Assembly (NCBI RefSeq): GCF_030686945.1
Contig: NW_027122708.1
Span: forward strand, 5,930,248-5,994,247
DNA: 64,000 nt
From: Centruroides vittatus
Lineage: Eukaryota
Direction: 5' to 3'
The position numbers were made by a program, and so were the translations under genes. Position 1 is the stretch's first letter. Every line of letters starts with the position of its first letter. Below the pieces are notes generated by a model. The model ran no database searches. It was not told where the DNA came from and saw nothing but the letters and a program-made list of their open reading frames with translations. Positions 46,716 through 60,700 of this stretch are shown here, one piece after another.

Positions 46716-47283
46716 GTGATGCATCGCTTTTGTGCGTTAATGCATATTGTAACTATATATGTTCGTATTTAAGTATGTATTGTTCACAGATGTATTTAGC
46801 ATATTTTTGTTAGTTTGTAAGAAGGTATTTTTGCTATTTGGATCTTATATTGTCACCAGGCGTTGCCAGTGGCCGTGCTGCTGTTTGCAATGAACACTGG
46901 CACTTGTTGCATGTATATTTTTTTTAGTTAGTATGGTTGTTTATTTTAACAAATATTTCTCATCAATACCACTATCAGAAAAAATTAAATTGGCAGACAT
47001 AAGCACAGAAAAATGTCTACAACAGTTTCCAAACACATTCATTTAACTAATTATGTGCAACTTACATACAAACTAAAAAAATATACATGTGACAAGTGCC
47101 AGTGTTAAGTGCAAACAGCAGCACGGCTACTGGCAATGCCTGGTGACAATATAAGATACAAATAGCAAAAATACCTTCTTACAAACTAACAAAAATATGC
47201 TAAATACATCTGTGAATAATACATACTTAAATACGAATATATATAGTTACAATATGTATTAACACACAAAAGCAATGCATCAC
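46716..47283. mobile_element. Foldback element with about 215-bp inverted arms and a roughly 135-bp core. Partial related copies lie at 46090-46185 and 46605-46640.
   Basis: gtgatgcatcgcttttgtgcgtt...ggatcttatattgtcaccaggcgttgccagtggccgtgctgctgtttgca is the reverse complement of the right arm tgcaaacagcagcacggctactggcaatgcctggtgacaatataagat...aacacacaaaagcaatgcatcac. Confidence 0.7.
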
Positions 47284-48120
47284 TATTCTACTATAAAAAT
47301 TCTTTTTACAAAAAACTATAAATTTTACTTCTAATTGGTGTTTTTGTAAATTCATTGCACTCACCTTTTAAATTTTATCATTCTATTTTTCTTTATAGTA
47401 TCAGTAAATTCCTTCAGACATGATTTGTTTATGTTGGAAAATAACAGACTAAAATGTAGAATAAGATTACTAGAGGAAGGAGCGAAATACACTTTGATGT
47501 AAAAAATTCTTTGTTCTATTACCATGGTAAATCATTTAAGGTAGTTTTCCAATATGTAGGGCCTGAGACTTTATTGCAAGGAGTGCGCAGCTTTTATCAA
47601 ATTATCATTTTTTAATACAAACAAACAAAAAAAAAGTCAAATTGATGTAAAAAAATAATAAATCAGCAGAATGGCTATGCCTAATTCACAACCCTTGTCC
47701 TATGACTTGGGTATGAATGCTAAAAATCCAACCACACTCTTGCCAAAATGTCTTGACATGAATAGAGCCCTGGCAAACAATATACTTTATTTAATAAGGT
47801 ATATTGATTTGCAGGCCATTAAATAAATTATAAGAACACTATTTATGAAATTAGATTGTTACAAAAATTGTGGGGTGCAACAAATTTTTTCTGAAAAAGG
47901 GGGGGTGCAAAGGCACAGAAAGTTTGGAAACCACTAATTTAAGGAGTTGTGTCTCAAAACCATGAGAAACTCTTAGAGAAAAGTTACCAGACAATACCTA
48001 TTTAAAGCATTAAATTAAACCATTAAGGGAATAACAAAGCATTTATAAAATAACAACACAACCTAGCTACATCTATCTATACAAATATATATCCCACATA
48101 CACTATCCCAAACTGGATGT

Positions 48121-48443
48121 ATGCAATATAAGAACACAACTAGTTAAAAGAACAAAAACATTTATTAAATAACAAACATTTTCAACCTTTATAAATGCCA
48201 TCTTCAAGTTCTACTGGTAGAACGGAAAATTGAACAACAAGATATATTTAAAAATGTTCATTGCAAAAGAAGTTCACATATGCAGGAGCTTAGTAATATA
48301 TTATAAATTAAAATAGAACATTAAAACATTTTTAAAAAAAACATATCTTGTTCAATTTTCCATTCTACCAGTAGAACCTGAGGATGACCTTTATAAAGGT
48401 TGAAAATGTTTCTTTTCTAAATGTTTGTGTTCTTATATTACAT
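48121..48443. mobile_element. Foldback MITE with about 125-bp arms and a roughly 90-bp spacer
   Basis: caatataagaacacaac...ttcaacctttataaatgccatcttcaagttctactggtagaacggaaaattgaacaa is the reverse complement of the right arm. Confidence 0.7.
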
Positions 48444-49942
48444 ATTCCACTTCTTCACGTTCCTGTGTGTGCATGTGCTTTGTTTCTGATTGCAGTAAAG
48501 TGAAAATGATGATTGCATGTTATTTCATAGACATTCCATTGTGTCAATGTAAAAGAAATTTTCTGCAAAAAATACAAAATTAATATTCCAAGAGAATTCA
48601 AATGTTTTGCAAGCTTAATCAGGCCATATTATCTGCAACTGACTAAAAAAGATGCTATAATTGATTGGTCAATTGAGGCATCATTTTTGGCCAGGACTGT
48701 TTTATGTAAACACTACATGTTTGACTATCATCATTATTATATTATTTTGACAATGACAAAAATTAATTTATTCATAAATGTCAATATAATTTATATTCTT
48801 AGAAATACCTTTCATATAAAGCAGGTAATTCTTCATGCAATTCATTGTTTAGAACTTCATACAGTTGCTTTGCTGTATCTAATTCTTCTTTTGCCTGATT
48901 AGTTAAAACATGCTATTTCAATTTTCAATGAAATAATAACTAAAAATGAAAATTATTTTAAAATGTAATATCACGTTTAAATTTATTTTCAAAGTAACAG
49001 ACCTTCATTATTATATGTTAAAGCTGAAAATTTTAGAAAATCAGCAACTGAAATAAAGTTTCTGCAGCCAAAATATTGAAAAAATTGAGCAAGAGAAGTA
49101 TACAAAAGAAAGATGAATGCCTAAAACAGAAAAGATAGAAATTAAGGAAGTAGCAATTAAATGTAAAAAGTGAAATATTAATAAGCAATAAGCTTTAATA
49201 AAATAAAGATTTTGAAAGCATTTATTTCTAAAACAAATAAAATGAAAAAAATGTACTTCAAAACTTTTAATATTGTCATCTCAATTTTTATTGTTTCTTA
49301 TTTACTTTAGATTTTGTAATATAAAATAATTTTTAAAAATTAAAGATAATAATAATAATAAATTAATTTTTTAGTTAAAATATTAAAATATAAAGTATGT
49401 TAATTATTTAGCTAGTACATAAAAATGGCTTTATAGTCAACTTGCATTAATATGAATTCCTAGGGAAATAGTAATTGGTTCGCTTTATTGAAAATTTGTA
49501 TAAACAATTTTCAGGGTCAAGGTCATATAATTTACAGAGTTAAGGCTTGAGAGGCAATCAAAATATAAAATATAATACAGTATTTTAAATTAATTTATAA
49601 AAAAAAGTTAAATAAAATTAAATTTATTGACAAAAACAAATTCTAAATGATTTTTCAAATCAAACAAAATGAAGAGGAGGTGGTATTTGTTGTTAAGTGT
49701 GGAGCAGTATTTCAGAGTGGTTAAACAAAAGAAAGCTAAATGAAATTTGTAATTGCTTTCCTGTTGTAGATTGTTTAAAAAAGTAGAAAATATTTCTGGC
49801 ATCAAAAGAGTAAAAATGGAGCCAAATTTGGTGCAAAGTAGCCAAATCTGGCATTACCATATGCACCTCCAATGTGTAAATTAGCATGTATTTGCATGGA
49901 ACCACATCCATTTAAAGTAATGGGCATCCTTAAACTTTAACC

Positions 49943-50056
49943 GCTATTTTCTGAGTAGAGTAGAATGGTCTGCTAAAACCAGATGTCTGAATTACAATCA
50001 AAGGTCAAACCCATCTTTGTTTACTAGGAAGAGAAAATTTATTCTACTCAAAATAG
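49943..50056. mobile_element. Possible small MITE with imperfect terminal inverted repeat ctatttt(c)tgagtaga(gta)gaat
   Basis: Left ctattttctgagtagagtagaatgg. Reverse complement of right gttctattttgagtagaataaattt. Confidence 0.3.
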
Positions 50057-50975
50057 AACATTTATTACGATACCATTTTTTATTGTTCACGTCCAAAAGT
50101 GTAAAAGGCAACCATAATTAAAAATAGGATTATTTCTAGAGGATTTCGGTGGTAATTCACAATTTGGTTTAATGAATTCTGTTAAATTTCTGTTCACTTT
50201 ATCGTGTAAAAATTAATGTTGTGATAATCGTATTTTGCCAGGGCAACAGCAAAATTCACTTTATAGGTGTTCACTTTAAGGCCAGTTGATTGTATTGTAT
50301 TTCTGTTACCAAAATTTTTTGCCAAAAATTTATTTTCATTAGAATAGAAAGCTAAAATTATTTCAAAATAAATTCATTATAAAAATGAGACTACTGATTT
50401 CATAATTTAGTAATTTATTTTTAAATAATCTCAAAATAAAAATACTTTGAAAGTAATCATTAAAATATATTCACTATAAAATGAAAACTTTTAATATTAA
50501 AACATTATTAGATATGAAAAATGAACAAACTAATCAATAAAAGCTAATCAAAATCAAACAAATTATTCTCGTAAGATAATCAATAAAATTATACTTAGTT
50601 TTAATGCACAAGCACTAAATTACATTATTATTAACTCTCTAATCTAGTAAATTTTAGAAATAATCATGAATATTTTTAATATTCATGTAATTACAAAAAA
50701 TATTAAAGAAAAATATCTTTATTTAGAAATATTTGAAACAGAACTTCTGGAAACTGGTAAATATACTTAACCTGCAATCACATGTAATAGCAGCAATTTT
50801 CTGCACCTATTTGTTTTTTTGCAGACATTTTTCACCAAATTGTCATACTTAGCTATGCTTCCATGATATCTGCCTAACTGTGTAAAAATTTTGATTGAAA
50901 AAACTTTTTCTGCTTATTACAGGACTTCAAAGAACTGTTGGGGAAAACTGCCACATAAAGCATGTGATCTCATAC

Positions 50976-51082
50976 AATTTTTGTCTATTGTCACAAAAAT
51001 GCATGCATTTTTGTGACATAGACAAAAATTTTCCACTCCAACATCATTTTTGGTGACCTGACATCATCAAAAATGATGTCAT
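50976..51082. repeat. Two adjacent perfect palindromes: 55 bp centred on gcatgc at 50976-51030, and 40 bp at 51043-51082 (catcatttttg...caaaaatgatg)
   Basis: Seen directly. Confidence 0.7.
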
Positions 51083-51799
51083 AGCAGTCTTATATGATTG
51101 CCACAAGAGGTAGTCATGATATAAATGATATTTGTCAGCTATGCATTACATAATGAAATGATGCATGGTAATCTGCAAGTTGCTACAACCTTGAACACTT
51201 GTCCCCGTAAGATAGCCTGGAGCACCATGGCCTTCAATGATTTAAATGTTTTTGCAACTTTATTCTGTGCCCCCCCCAAAAAAAAAAAAAAAAATTATTT
51301 TCTGGTCCTTGTGAAAAACACCTCAGTCTTCCCATCACTTATTTCCATCTGAACATTAGCCCAAGCTTTTGCATAGTTTGAAGGCACCCTATAGGAGCTT
51401 GGTCAAGGACACTGTTCTATAAACAAAATTCTATTTCTTAAATTAAACAATGCATGATATTGAAATTTTTCATGTGCAGAAGTCATATTACAGGATTTTT
51501 CAAAATTGTCAAATTTCAGGATCAGCAATTACATGTGACCTAATTACATGTGAATAATCAGCAAAAAATCTTTGCCTTATACATGCAACCTTGTAAAAAA
51601 AAATGCATGTGGTCATGGGTTAAATATATTTAAGTAATATAAATTAGAAATGATGTTATTTTATTATACATGATGTATCATTATAGTTTCATGCTATACA
51701 AACTATTTTTCATCCTTGCTCAAGAATTCAATCTTATATTAACTAGGACATTGCATAACTTTGTCATATCTTGATAGAATTCAGACCAAGCCAGAAAGA

Positions 51800-52030
51800 A
51801 AGAAGCAATCCCTGCACTTGTTAAGCACAGAATAGGCAATCCTTGTACCTGACAGATGCGGACAGGTAAACTTTGCACTTGCCATCACAAATGAGGCTAT
51901 CCTTGTACTGTACCTGCCAACCATGGAAGAAGAGGTTCCTGTACTTGCTTGCCATAGGAAACATGATCCTTGCACGGCTGGTTATAGAGAGACAATCTGT
52001 GCACTTGCCAACACAGAGAGGCAATCCAAG
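51800..52030. repeat. Degenerate minisatellite with a 30-60 bp period and the core (g/a)caatcc(c/t)tg(c/t)ac(t/c)tgc in about 6 units. A 32-bp perfect palindrome follows at 52098-52130.
   Basis: Recurrent core motifs. The stacked overlapping ORFs on both strands are a symptom of stop-poor repeats. Confidence 0.55.
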
Positions 52031-55000
52031 AACAAAGCAATTGCCATTGATTGTTTTGTTCTTGTGTTTTGTTTGTTTTCTGCATCTATTTTTGTGTGTG
52101 CCAGTGTGCCTAATTTCCATTAGGCACACTGGCATAATTTTGCACAATGCTGTTTTTATTTTTGACCCTTAGGCCAAAATTTTGTTAGGCATGCTCAGTT
52201 GCATCAGAGAGCATGGACATTGTCACTTTAATACAAGAGTTCCCAATCTTTATCATGCATTGACCCATTTAAAATAATTTCTTTTTCTTCGACTCCCTTC
52301 AATATTATATTATATATATGCCATAGCCTATTACATAATTTTTAAAAGACATTTTCCTGCATTTATTTAGGAGCAAAATATATGTAATATTCTTAATATT
52401 TTAAAATATTTTTTTTATATTTTCAAAGTTTTAGCAATCTCCTCAAACTTTCATTGACCCCTAATACTGCATTCACATACAATCTACGACTCACTTTAAT
52501 CTCGATTTACCCACAATCTCGATTGTAACTGTGCCAGTCAAACGTTGAGCTGTTCGCACAAGTGGTCTGCTTGAGAAGAACCTGGCTATTACATGCAATG
52601 ATAAAACTGACATAACTATGCAATAAGTCACGAACACCAACAAACAAAATGGAAGTTTTGGTTAGAAATAAATACTTTTTCTTGCCATATATCTAAGAAT
52701 AGCCAGATCTCGTCATCTCTCCAAATATCTTTTTTATTTCTCTGTTGATATCCCGACACTTGTTCTGCAGCCATCTTGTTTTTTCTTGCGCAGGTGTGAT
52801 TGTGGGAACTCTCTTATGACTGGATCTAGTTTCAAAAACTCTCATGTTGATTGCAATTGAACCTTGTTTAAGCCAAGATTTAAATGGTCAATAGAGGTCG
52901 CACCATAGCACAGTTGCCAATCTTATCACAATCTAGATTGAAATGCTCAGTGCAAACAGGGTATAAGGGTTCAATACTGACCTCATTGAGAAACTCTGCT
53001 TTAATAGGCCTACCTCTATACATCAAAAATGAAGTCATGGTCTCCTATTTTTTTTACATTTAAATGGACCGTCATTACACTTTTGGGTTCCTCATCGCAA
53101 TTAATGGAAAATGGCAAAGTTTTATCAAAATCGACCCATGACATTTTGAGAACAAACTCAATTCTATAAACACATATAAGACATGCTAGCGACCATAGAA
53201 TGTCACGTGACAAAGTTGCATGCACTTGTGCTACAACCTTATATCTCAAAAACAAAGTTATGGATCTCCACTTTTTATTACATATTTGGATTCCTAGTTG
53301 CAATTAGTGAAAGATGGCAAAGTTTAATCAAAATTGTTTGAACAGATTTTGAGAATGAACACAATACTCTAAGCCACATAGAAGAGGCTTTGCTACTGCT
53401 CTCCCTGAAAAATACATAAAAGTAACTTATATAATTTTAAGTAAAAAAATATTTAGATTGGAAAAAAAAAATTTAAATAATGAACTGCTAGGTTATTCTT
53501 CTGTTCATATTGTTTTACAATAACGAGATTTTATGAAAAAATCAACAAATTAAATTTCACCATTTCATAAAACAAATTAATTTAGTAAGCTTAACTAAAA
53601 TGAACTAATTCTAAGATGTATTAATTTATAATTTAAAACATAGATTAATTACTTAACATTTTTATCCTTTAAACAATTCTGATATTTAAAAATTTTTTAA
53701 TTTTAATTTTTGTGAACTTATTTTAAATTTATCATCCTTTTTGTCAGATTAGGCATAACAACAATCCATACATTTGTGTAAAATAGATCATATCAAAAGA
53801 TTTTAGATATATAAGTATATATTAATAACTAATCATAATTACAAATTTTTATCTGCAAACATCACAATGAAAATTGTATATTAACTGTATTAATTTAAAT
53901 TACTGTATATTAAAAAGAATTATTATTATTAATAAAATGATGGGAAACAATTATTATTTTCAAATTTTGCATTCTGATTTTTAAATTTGTATCATGCAAT
54001 AAACTTAAAAAGAAAAACATTTATCAATTCTACTATGGCATATGTTTGTAGAGACAGAGAGAAAGAATTCTATACATTATATTACTCCTCAATATAAATT
54101 TAAAATTTTAATTTAATAATATTTAAATTTTCATTTTGTAGCAATTTTTAATTGTAGAAATTAATAATTTATTTTACTCAATCTTTATGATCTCATTCAA
54201 TAAACTTAACTAAAATTTGAATTTCATATTTAGCATTTATTTCCATTTTTAAAATGAACTGTTTTTGTGTTATTTTTAAACAAGAGTTGTAAATATTGAG
54301 CAAGATCTTGATTATCAAGATATAAATCAAGAGACATGACTATGATTAGGAATACAGATAATTAAGAATTTAAAAAAGTAATTAGTGTGAAATAATATGG
54401 AATGCAAAAGAGTAACCATTAAAAATGTTGTTAATAGCTATTTCTTTACATCAAAAAAGTTTCATGTGAAGGAATATTCAACACTACAAGATACTTAGAT
54501 GTAAACTCCTAAATTACATTATTATTATTATTATTAAATAAAAAGAATATTATAATATACCTTTGCAATTTTTAAATCATCTTTCCTTTTTGTATTCTGT
54601 TGTAATGAACCTAAATTATGTCTACAACCATCATAATCGACTAACTTTCTTTTCCGCTTAGCAATTTTCGTCTATTAAATAAAAATTATTTAAAATTAAT
54701 ATCAAGAATAATAATAAAAAATTTAAACAAATTCACAAATTAAAATATTACATCTATCTAATAAAATCATCAGAGAATTTCTTAATAATAATAATAATTA
54801 CAGTACATTTGAACATCCTTATTTGATTTGTCTGCCACTAATCATCCAATTTTGCAGCCAAATGAAGCTCAAAGATCCAAAGACAGAAAAGGATTATGAT
54901 TAAGATTGAGATTATGAAATAATGAAGTAAATCGATATCTCAACTGGACACTTACCAGAGGAAAAAAATGACAATTTCTTAATCCAAACAAAAACATCTG

Positions 55001-55589
55001 AGATGTGAAAAAATTGTGCTAAGTAAAATATTATGACAATTTAGATGACAATCAAATTGTTTTTTAGGAGTTTTTCTTTGGTAAAGATAAGATCGGCACT
55101 TTGAAGTGATAGCCAGAAGATTTTTATTATTGTTTCCTACATTTTGAACCATCAAGCTCATTTTTACCAGAAAAAAAAATTAGGAAAAAAATTTAAATAT
55201 TGTATAAATTGTCATAATTTTTTACTTGGTGCAATTTTTTCACATCTCAGGAGATTTTTGGATATTAATTGTTTTCTTGTTAATGATGGTATTATTATAC
55301 CAAGAGTAAGATGATGCTTTCAATATACCATTTAGTAATATTATTATAAAAAATTTTAATTCACATAAATTTCAGCTGTTGTTTTTCTGGATAACATTCT
55401 GAATAAAAATCAATTGTTTCAATGCAATTTTATCCTTGCAAGTATAAAATTAAGCAATAAAAGTAAAATAGATCTACAGGGAACCTCATGAACTTTGACC
55501 TATTGACTTGGAAGTTTCACCAGCACCTCACCAATAACAAGCGAGGCCTAAGTTTAAAATTTGAGCTTCCTAGACCTAGTAGTTTTTTA

Positions 55590-56640
55590 TATATAAAGGT
55601 GATAATAAAGATAAGACTATTCCAGGGTCATATAAGCCCATATGTTTAGTACCATTGCTGGGCAAAATATTTGAATGAATCATTAAAAACAGACTAGAGT
55701 CTGTAATACAAAGGTATAATAATGAGTACCAGTATGGCTTTAAAAATCAGTGCTCAAGAGATCGTTAATAAGTCTTGTAGCAAATACATTTTGGGTATAT
55801 TCTTTGATATAAAAGGTGCATTTGATCACCCATGGTGGCCCTCCATTCTAAGGGAGCTTTTATATAGGAAATGTCCTGGTGAATTATATAGATTACTAAG
55901 GGACTATTTATCATACAGAGGGGTGATGTATGAGGAGGGTGACCAAAAGATATACAAAAATGTAAATGGGCCATCCCCAGGGATCGTTCTTGGACCTGTC
56001 CTCCGGAATCTGGTGTTTGATGGTTGCCTCAGGGTTTTAAATGAGAATTGCATAGAGTATGTTGCTTATGCTGATGATCTGATTTTACTTATATCCAATA
56101 ATTTGAGAAGTGAGCTAGAGTCCCATGGTAAAATGTGGGTGATGAGGTTACAGAAATGGCTTGTGGCTAATAAATTAGAATGTCGTCTTATCCATTGTCT
56201 GTGGATAAGATGGTGCCAATATTACTAAAAGGTAGCTTGTTGAAAGAATGGCTGCCAAGAGTCATACTGAATGATAAAGTAATAAAGATAGCTGACTCAG
56301 TAAAGTATCTTGGTATTATTATTGGGGATAGTATGAGTATTACACCACATGTCAACTATATCACAGAACAGTCTATTAAGAGCTTCTGCCTATTAAAGCA
56401 GAATATAAGAATAGGGCTCCAGTTTCACAACTCTTTGTATATTATATAAGAGTTTGTTTTTAAGTGTTTTAAGTTATGGTATTTTAGCATGGCATGACCT
56501 TTTAAAAAATTATCATAAGGTCAAATTAGAAAGAACTCAAAGAATGGTTCTATTGATTTTAACTAAGGCATATAATACTACATCTACGGTAGCTCTTCAG
56601 GTGATAAGTGAGCTTTTACCTATAGATTTAGTTAAATAAA
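55590..56640 (+). pseudogene. 5'-truncated, frameshifted non-LTR retrotransposon RT fragment (YKPICLVPLLGKIFE, FDIKGAFD, GPSPGIVLGPVL, YADDLILLIS, then downstream SVKYLGIIIGD and YGILAWHDL blocks)
   Basis: Reverse-transcriptase motifs 1 to 7 in order across ORFs 55722-56228, 56180-56449 and 56454-56639. Confidence 0.75.
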
Positions 56641-57609
56641 TGGTACTGTTATGCTTATATAAGAAAAGGCATGGTTTTTAAGTATAATGGAGTGATGTTC
56701 AGTGGTGCAAATAGCTCTGCACAGAGTAAGAAAATAAAGGTGTCAGAAAAGATCAATAGTATATGGCAAGACAGGTGAAACAGGTGGACTGATTATACAA
56801 ATATACACACCAATTGAAAACCTGTTATTAAGCAAATATACTTCCACAATTGCTGTAAATGAACAGGCTAAATTTGGATATAATGATTATAAATTAGAAA
56901 TGAATTTGGCATTACTTAATAAATTAAAATTATTGGCCAATAATTTTAATAAAGTTATTAGAAATGAATTTAGCATTAATATATCCAAATTTAGCCCGTT
57001 CATTTACAGAAATTGAAATTATTAGTTCAGTAAAAACATGCCAAAAAATGAAGGTAGAGTTTTATTTTTATGATAAATATTCTGGTTACTTCATAAATTT
57101 ACTGTAATAATTAAAAAACACTATTTAAAATTATTTTAAATTTTATTTTAGTAAATTTTTACCTACCTTCATATCAGGAAATTGATTCAAATAAGAATTC
57201 AATGGTGCTGCAACAGCTTCATTGATTTTTTGACAATAATCTTCCCAGAGTGTTTCTAATATCTGTATAAATTGTATATTAATTAAGTACAATTATTTTA
57301 CTATATTATTTATTTTAGTATTCAGAAAATTTATATATTTATTTAATTTTTCAATTTATTTTTATTCCAAAATCAAACTGACTTGCATCACACCATTGTA
57401 ATATATACACATTGTATATTTAGAAGCACAGATTTGTCTTTGAATTTTTCAGACACAGAACTAGATACAGTCAAATCTCAAACAGTGTGCACTAATGGGA
57501 ACATAAAGTCCATTGTTGGGAAGTCAGCTAAAAATGCATAGGTTGTATAAATTGAAGGAAAACTTAATTTATTATGATAAGCTTCTACATTCATGGAACA
57601 CCGGGGATG

Positions 57610-57719
57610 TAAACCACACGTACAGAAACCACTTACTGGTGTTGGAAACGAAAAACAAAAAAACCGTTTTTTCGTTTTCGTTTCCAACACTGGTAAGTGG
57701 TTCCTGTACGTGTGGTTTA
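57610..57719. repeat. Near-perfect 110-bp palindrome with about 45-bp arms and a self-complementary loop aaaaaaccgtttttt
   Basis: taaaccacacgtacagaaaccacttactggtgttggaaacgaaaa is the reverse complement of the right arm. The mirrored ORFs on the two strands are an artefact of it. Confidence 0.8.
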
Positions 57720-60700
57720 ATTTATTACTTTTGCAGAAAACTACAAAAAAATTTTTGTACAAAAGTCCTCTAATATGCAGAAAACACCTAAAAACACATG
57801 TAGATTAATTTTTTATTGTAGGTTACAACCTATGTTTTAAAAAAGTCTGTTGGCAGTGATAATTAAAAATAATCTTTGAATTCTTCTTTAAAAAAACACC
57901 CAAAACAGTTAATCCTTAGTATTGACATTTTTAAAATTATCACCACTGTCAAAGGATACTGTTATATTTCTAAAATATTTTAACTTAAGTCATAGTTACA
58001 ATAAAGTTCAATTTACATCGTGTTTTTAGTAGTAATCTGCACATTCAAGAAAGTACAAAAATTGTTTTTGCAATTGTCTACAATGTTAAGCATAAATTGT
58101 CCTTGATGCTTTTTTTATAAAAACTTATTTATGTTTACAGCAAAGTTATTAATCATATGAAAAGTCTGTAACCAATCTAGCCATCTTATTAATAATGAAT
58201 AATTTTGTACAGTGCATTATCATTTTCTGTGCAACATTTTGAGGGAAGTGACTGTTGCTGAGAGATTGAAAATAGGTTCTTTTAGTAGCTGGGGCTGTTC
58301 TTGGGAGTGGCTGTTGTTTAGAGATTATTTTGTGTGCATTTTTATTCAAAAAGAAATATTCCTGAAAAATGACCATTGTTTTGAGGTGTTTGTTGCAATT
58401 ATTGGAAATTCAACTGTATTAAAAAATTAAATATAATAGAACAGGTAAATTTGTTTTTATATTTTTATTGTATTATAGAAAACAATGTGGCAATTAAATG
58501 CAAAAATTGTCTCATATGACATAGAGCAGGTGTCAGAGTTAAACATAATGCCTGGGAGAACAATGCAATCCACAATTTTTCTCATCCAATTTCATTTGTT
58601 TAAAACAAGAGGCAGGATATTCCATCATGTTACTTCCCTGAAAGTGCAGAATTGAAGTGAACTTGAGATATCACAGGGCAGAAATCTATTACTGATTGAC
58701 CAAGAAGAGGACAAACTTGAATACAGAAGAGACCTAAATTGAGTTAGTCTTTCTTCCAGGACTTAGACTATGTGCTTTTGCCTTGATAAGGAAAGATAAG
58801 AGACTTGTTTATCAAAGTGGACACAAAAGCCAATCTCAACAACTGACTCAGAAAAGGGTCAAGTTCCCATGTTTTAGGAAGAAACTCAGCACAGTCTTGA
58901 GGAAGGTTGACCAAGCTAAGCAGTTGAGAAAAGACACCACTGGTGAAATGGGCAACCATCCCCTCCAGAAAAATGTGAAATCAACAAAATCAATCACTCC
59001 AACTGAATGTCATCTGGATCAGAAGCTTTCAGGTAGAATTTACTTTGGCAATGAAGGCAACTCTGGGATTATCAAACTGTGGTGTGCACATCACTAGAAC
59101 TGTAAAAGGGGTGAAGATTCAATCCAGTATACTGTTTTGAATACTTTGTGTATCTCCTTTATTTATGCATACCTCCATAAAAATCATCAGTCCCAGGATC
59201 ACCAATTTGTGCCACACAGTAGATTTTTTTTATTTGTGGTTTTAGGCCCTTTACTTCTCAGAGAGCACAAAAAAGGCCAAAATACAGTAGATTTCATGAC
59301 CATAGCACAGAAACATGAAAATTTGAGCAATAAAAATAATTCTTAACTATTATATTCATAATTAATTTTCTGGCACTTCAAAACAAATACCTGTCTATTT
59401 TTGACATTAATTTCAGTTCCTCCTCTCCACTATATGACTATCTTGAATTTCCATTTATTACATTTAGATTCACTACAAATTTATTACTCTAGCTGAAACT
59501 TCAAAAGCTTTATAAAATCCATGCATTCACAACATATAACATGGATTCAGAGAACACAACAGTAGAGTAATTTATAAGGATATATTCCAAGACTAATTTG
59601 TTGCTCTTTTGTGAGGTTGCTGAGTTGTGTTTAAAGTCAGAATGGAAGAGAGGTACCACTTCAGAATGTGAGCATGACAGACACAGAGTCAGACTCCACA
59701 ATTACAAAGAAAATTGTCTTGATTTATTTTAAACACACACAAAAAAAGCTTACAGAAATAATATTCTTGGTGTCTCTGTAGATAAAGACTGTAAATCTTC
59801 TGATTCTTCTTTTAAAAGAAAGAGTCATGAGAGAAGGATCCTTCAGTTTTCTCTTTTATCCTGAGACAATGCTGTTCAGTCCTTGGATAGGGTGAGGTCA
59901 ATCCAGATAGAGTCCAGGATGAGGTGGAGAATGCCACTAAGATCTTGCACTATGAGAAATTTGGAGAGAGAAGATCTCTTTGTCCTTGATATCAGAGTTT
60001 TTAATCATCTTCAGTCCCTGATCAACCACTTTGATTGGCTATCTTTCCTCATTCCCACTTTCTAATTGGTCATCACTCATTACTAAGTGTAACGAGATCT
60101 GAACTCAGAGCATGGGATGAGTCAAAATCGACATTTAATCTGATCCAAACTGGAGACAGTTGATCTTAGGACTTACATTGTCTAATTTTCCTTTGTCTAT
60201 TTTCTGAGAAAAGTTTATTTTCCACTATTATTATTATTATTATTATTTATATTTCCTTTTATGGACATAAAAATTATATTTTACAATATTAACAAATTTA
60301 GTGGTTTTTAGATTTTAGTGTGGTTCTGGGACATTTCTGGAGCCTCACACTTTCATACTTATTTACTATTTATAACAATTATTGACTAAAGAACAGTCTA
60401 TGATGATATTCAGATGCAGCAGAAATACAAATACTGTGTTTAATAGGCCATGATGTTAAAAAACCAAATATTAATAAAACATTTTGTTTGATAAGCCACA
60501 TGCAGTGAAAACATTTAAAATAGTCCTAAACTTCCAATAAATAAATAATAATAGTGAGCATTAAACCACTAAAAAAGTTTTATTTAGTACTAGTACACAG
60601 AAAACAAATATACCATATACATATATACAGCAAAGGACTAACCCTTTTTCTCACCATACAATACCTTCAAAAATTGCTGGATCCACTATTGGAGACAATC

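Noticed and set aside
51781-52172. Five overlapping ORFs on both strands of 60-108 aa
   Set aside because: They lie in the degenerate minisatellite and are stop-poor because of the repeat. They have no codon structure or homology.
57478-57808. Mirror-image ORFs on the + and - strands
   Set aside because: They are an artefact of the 110-bp palindrome, and the two translations are near-identical reflections.
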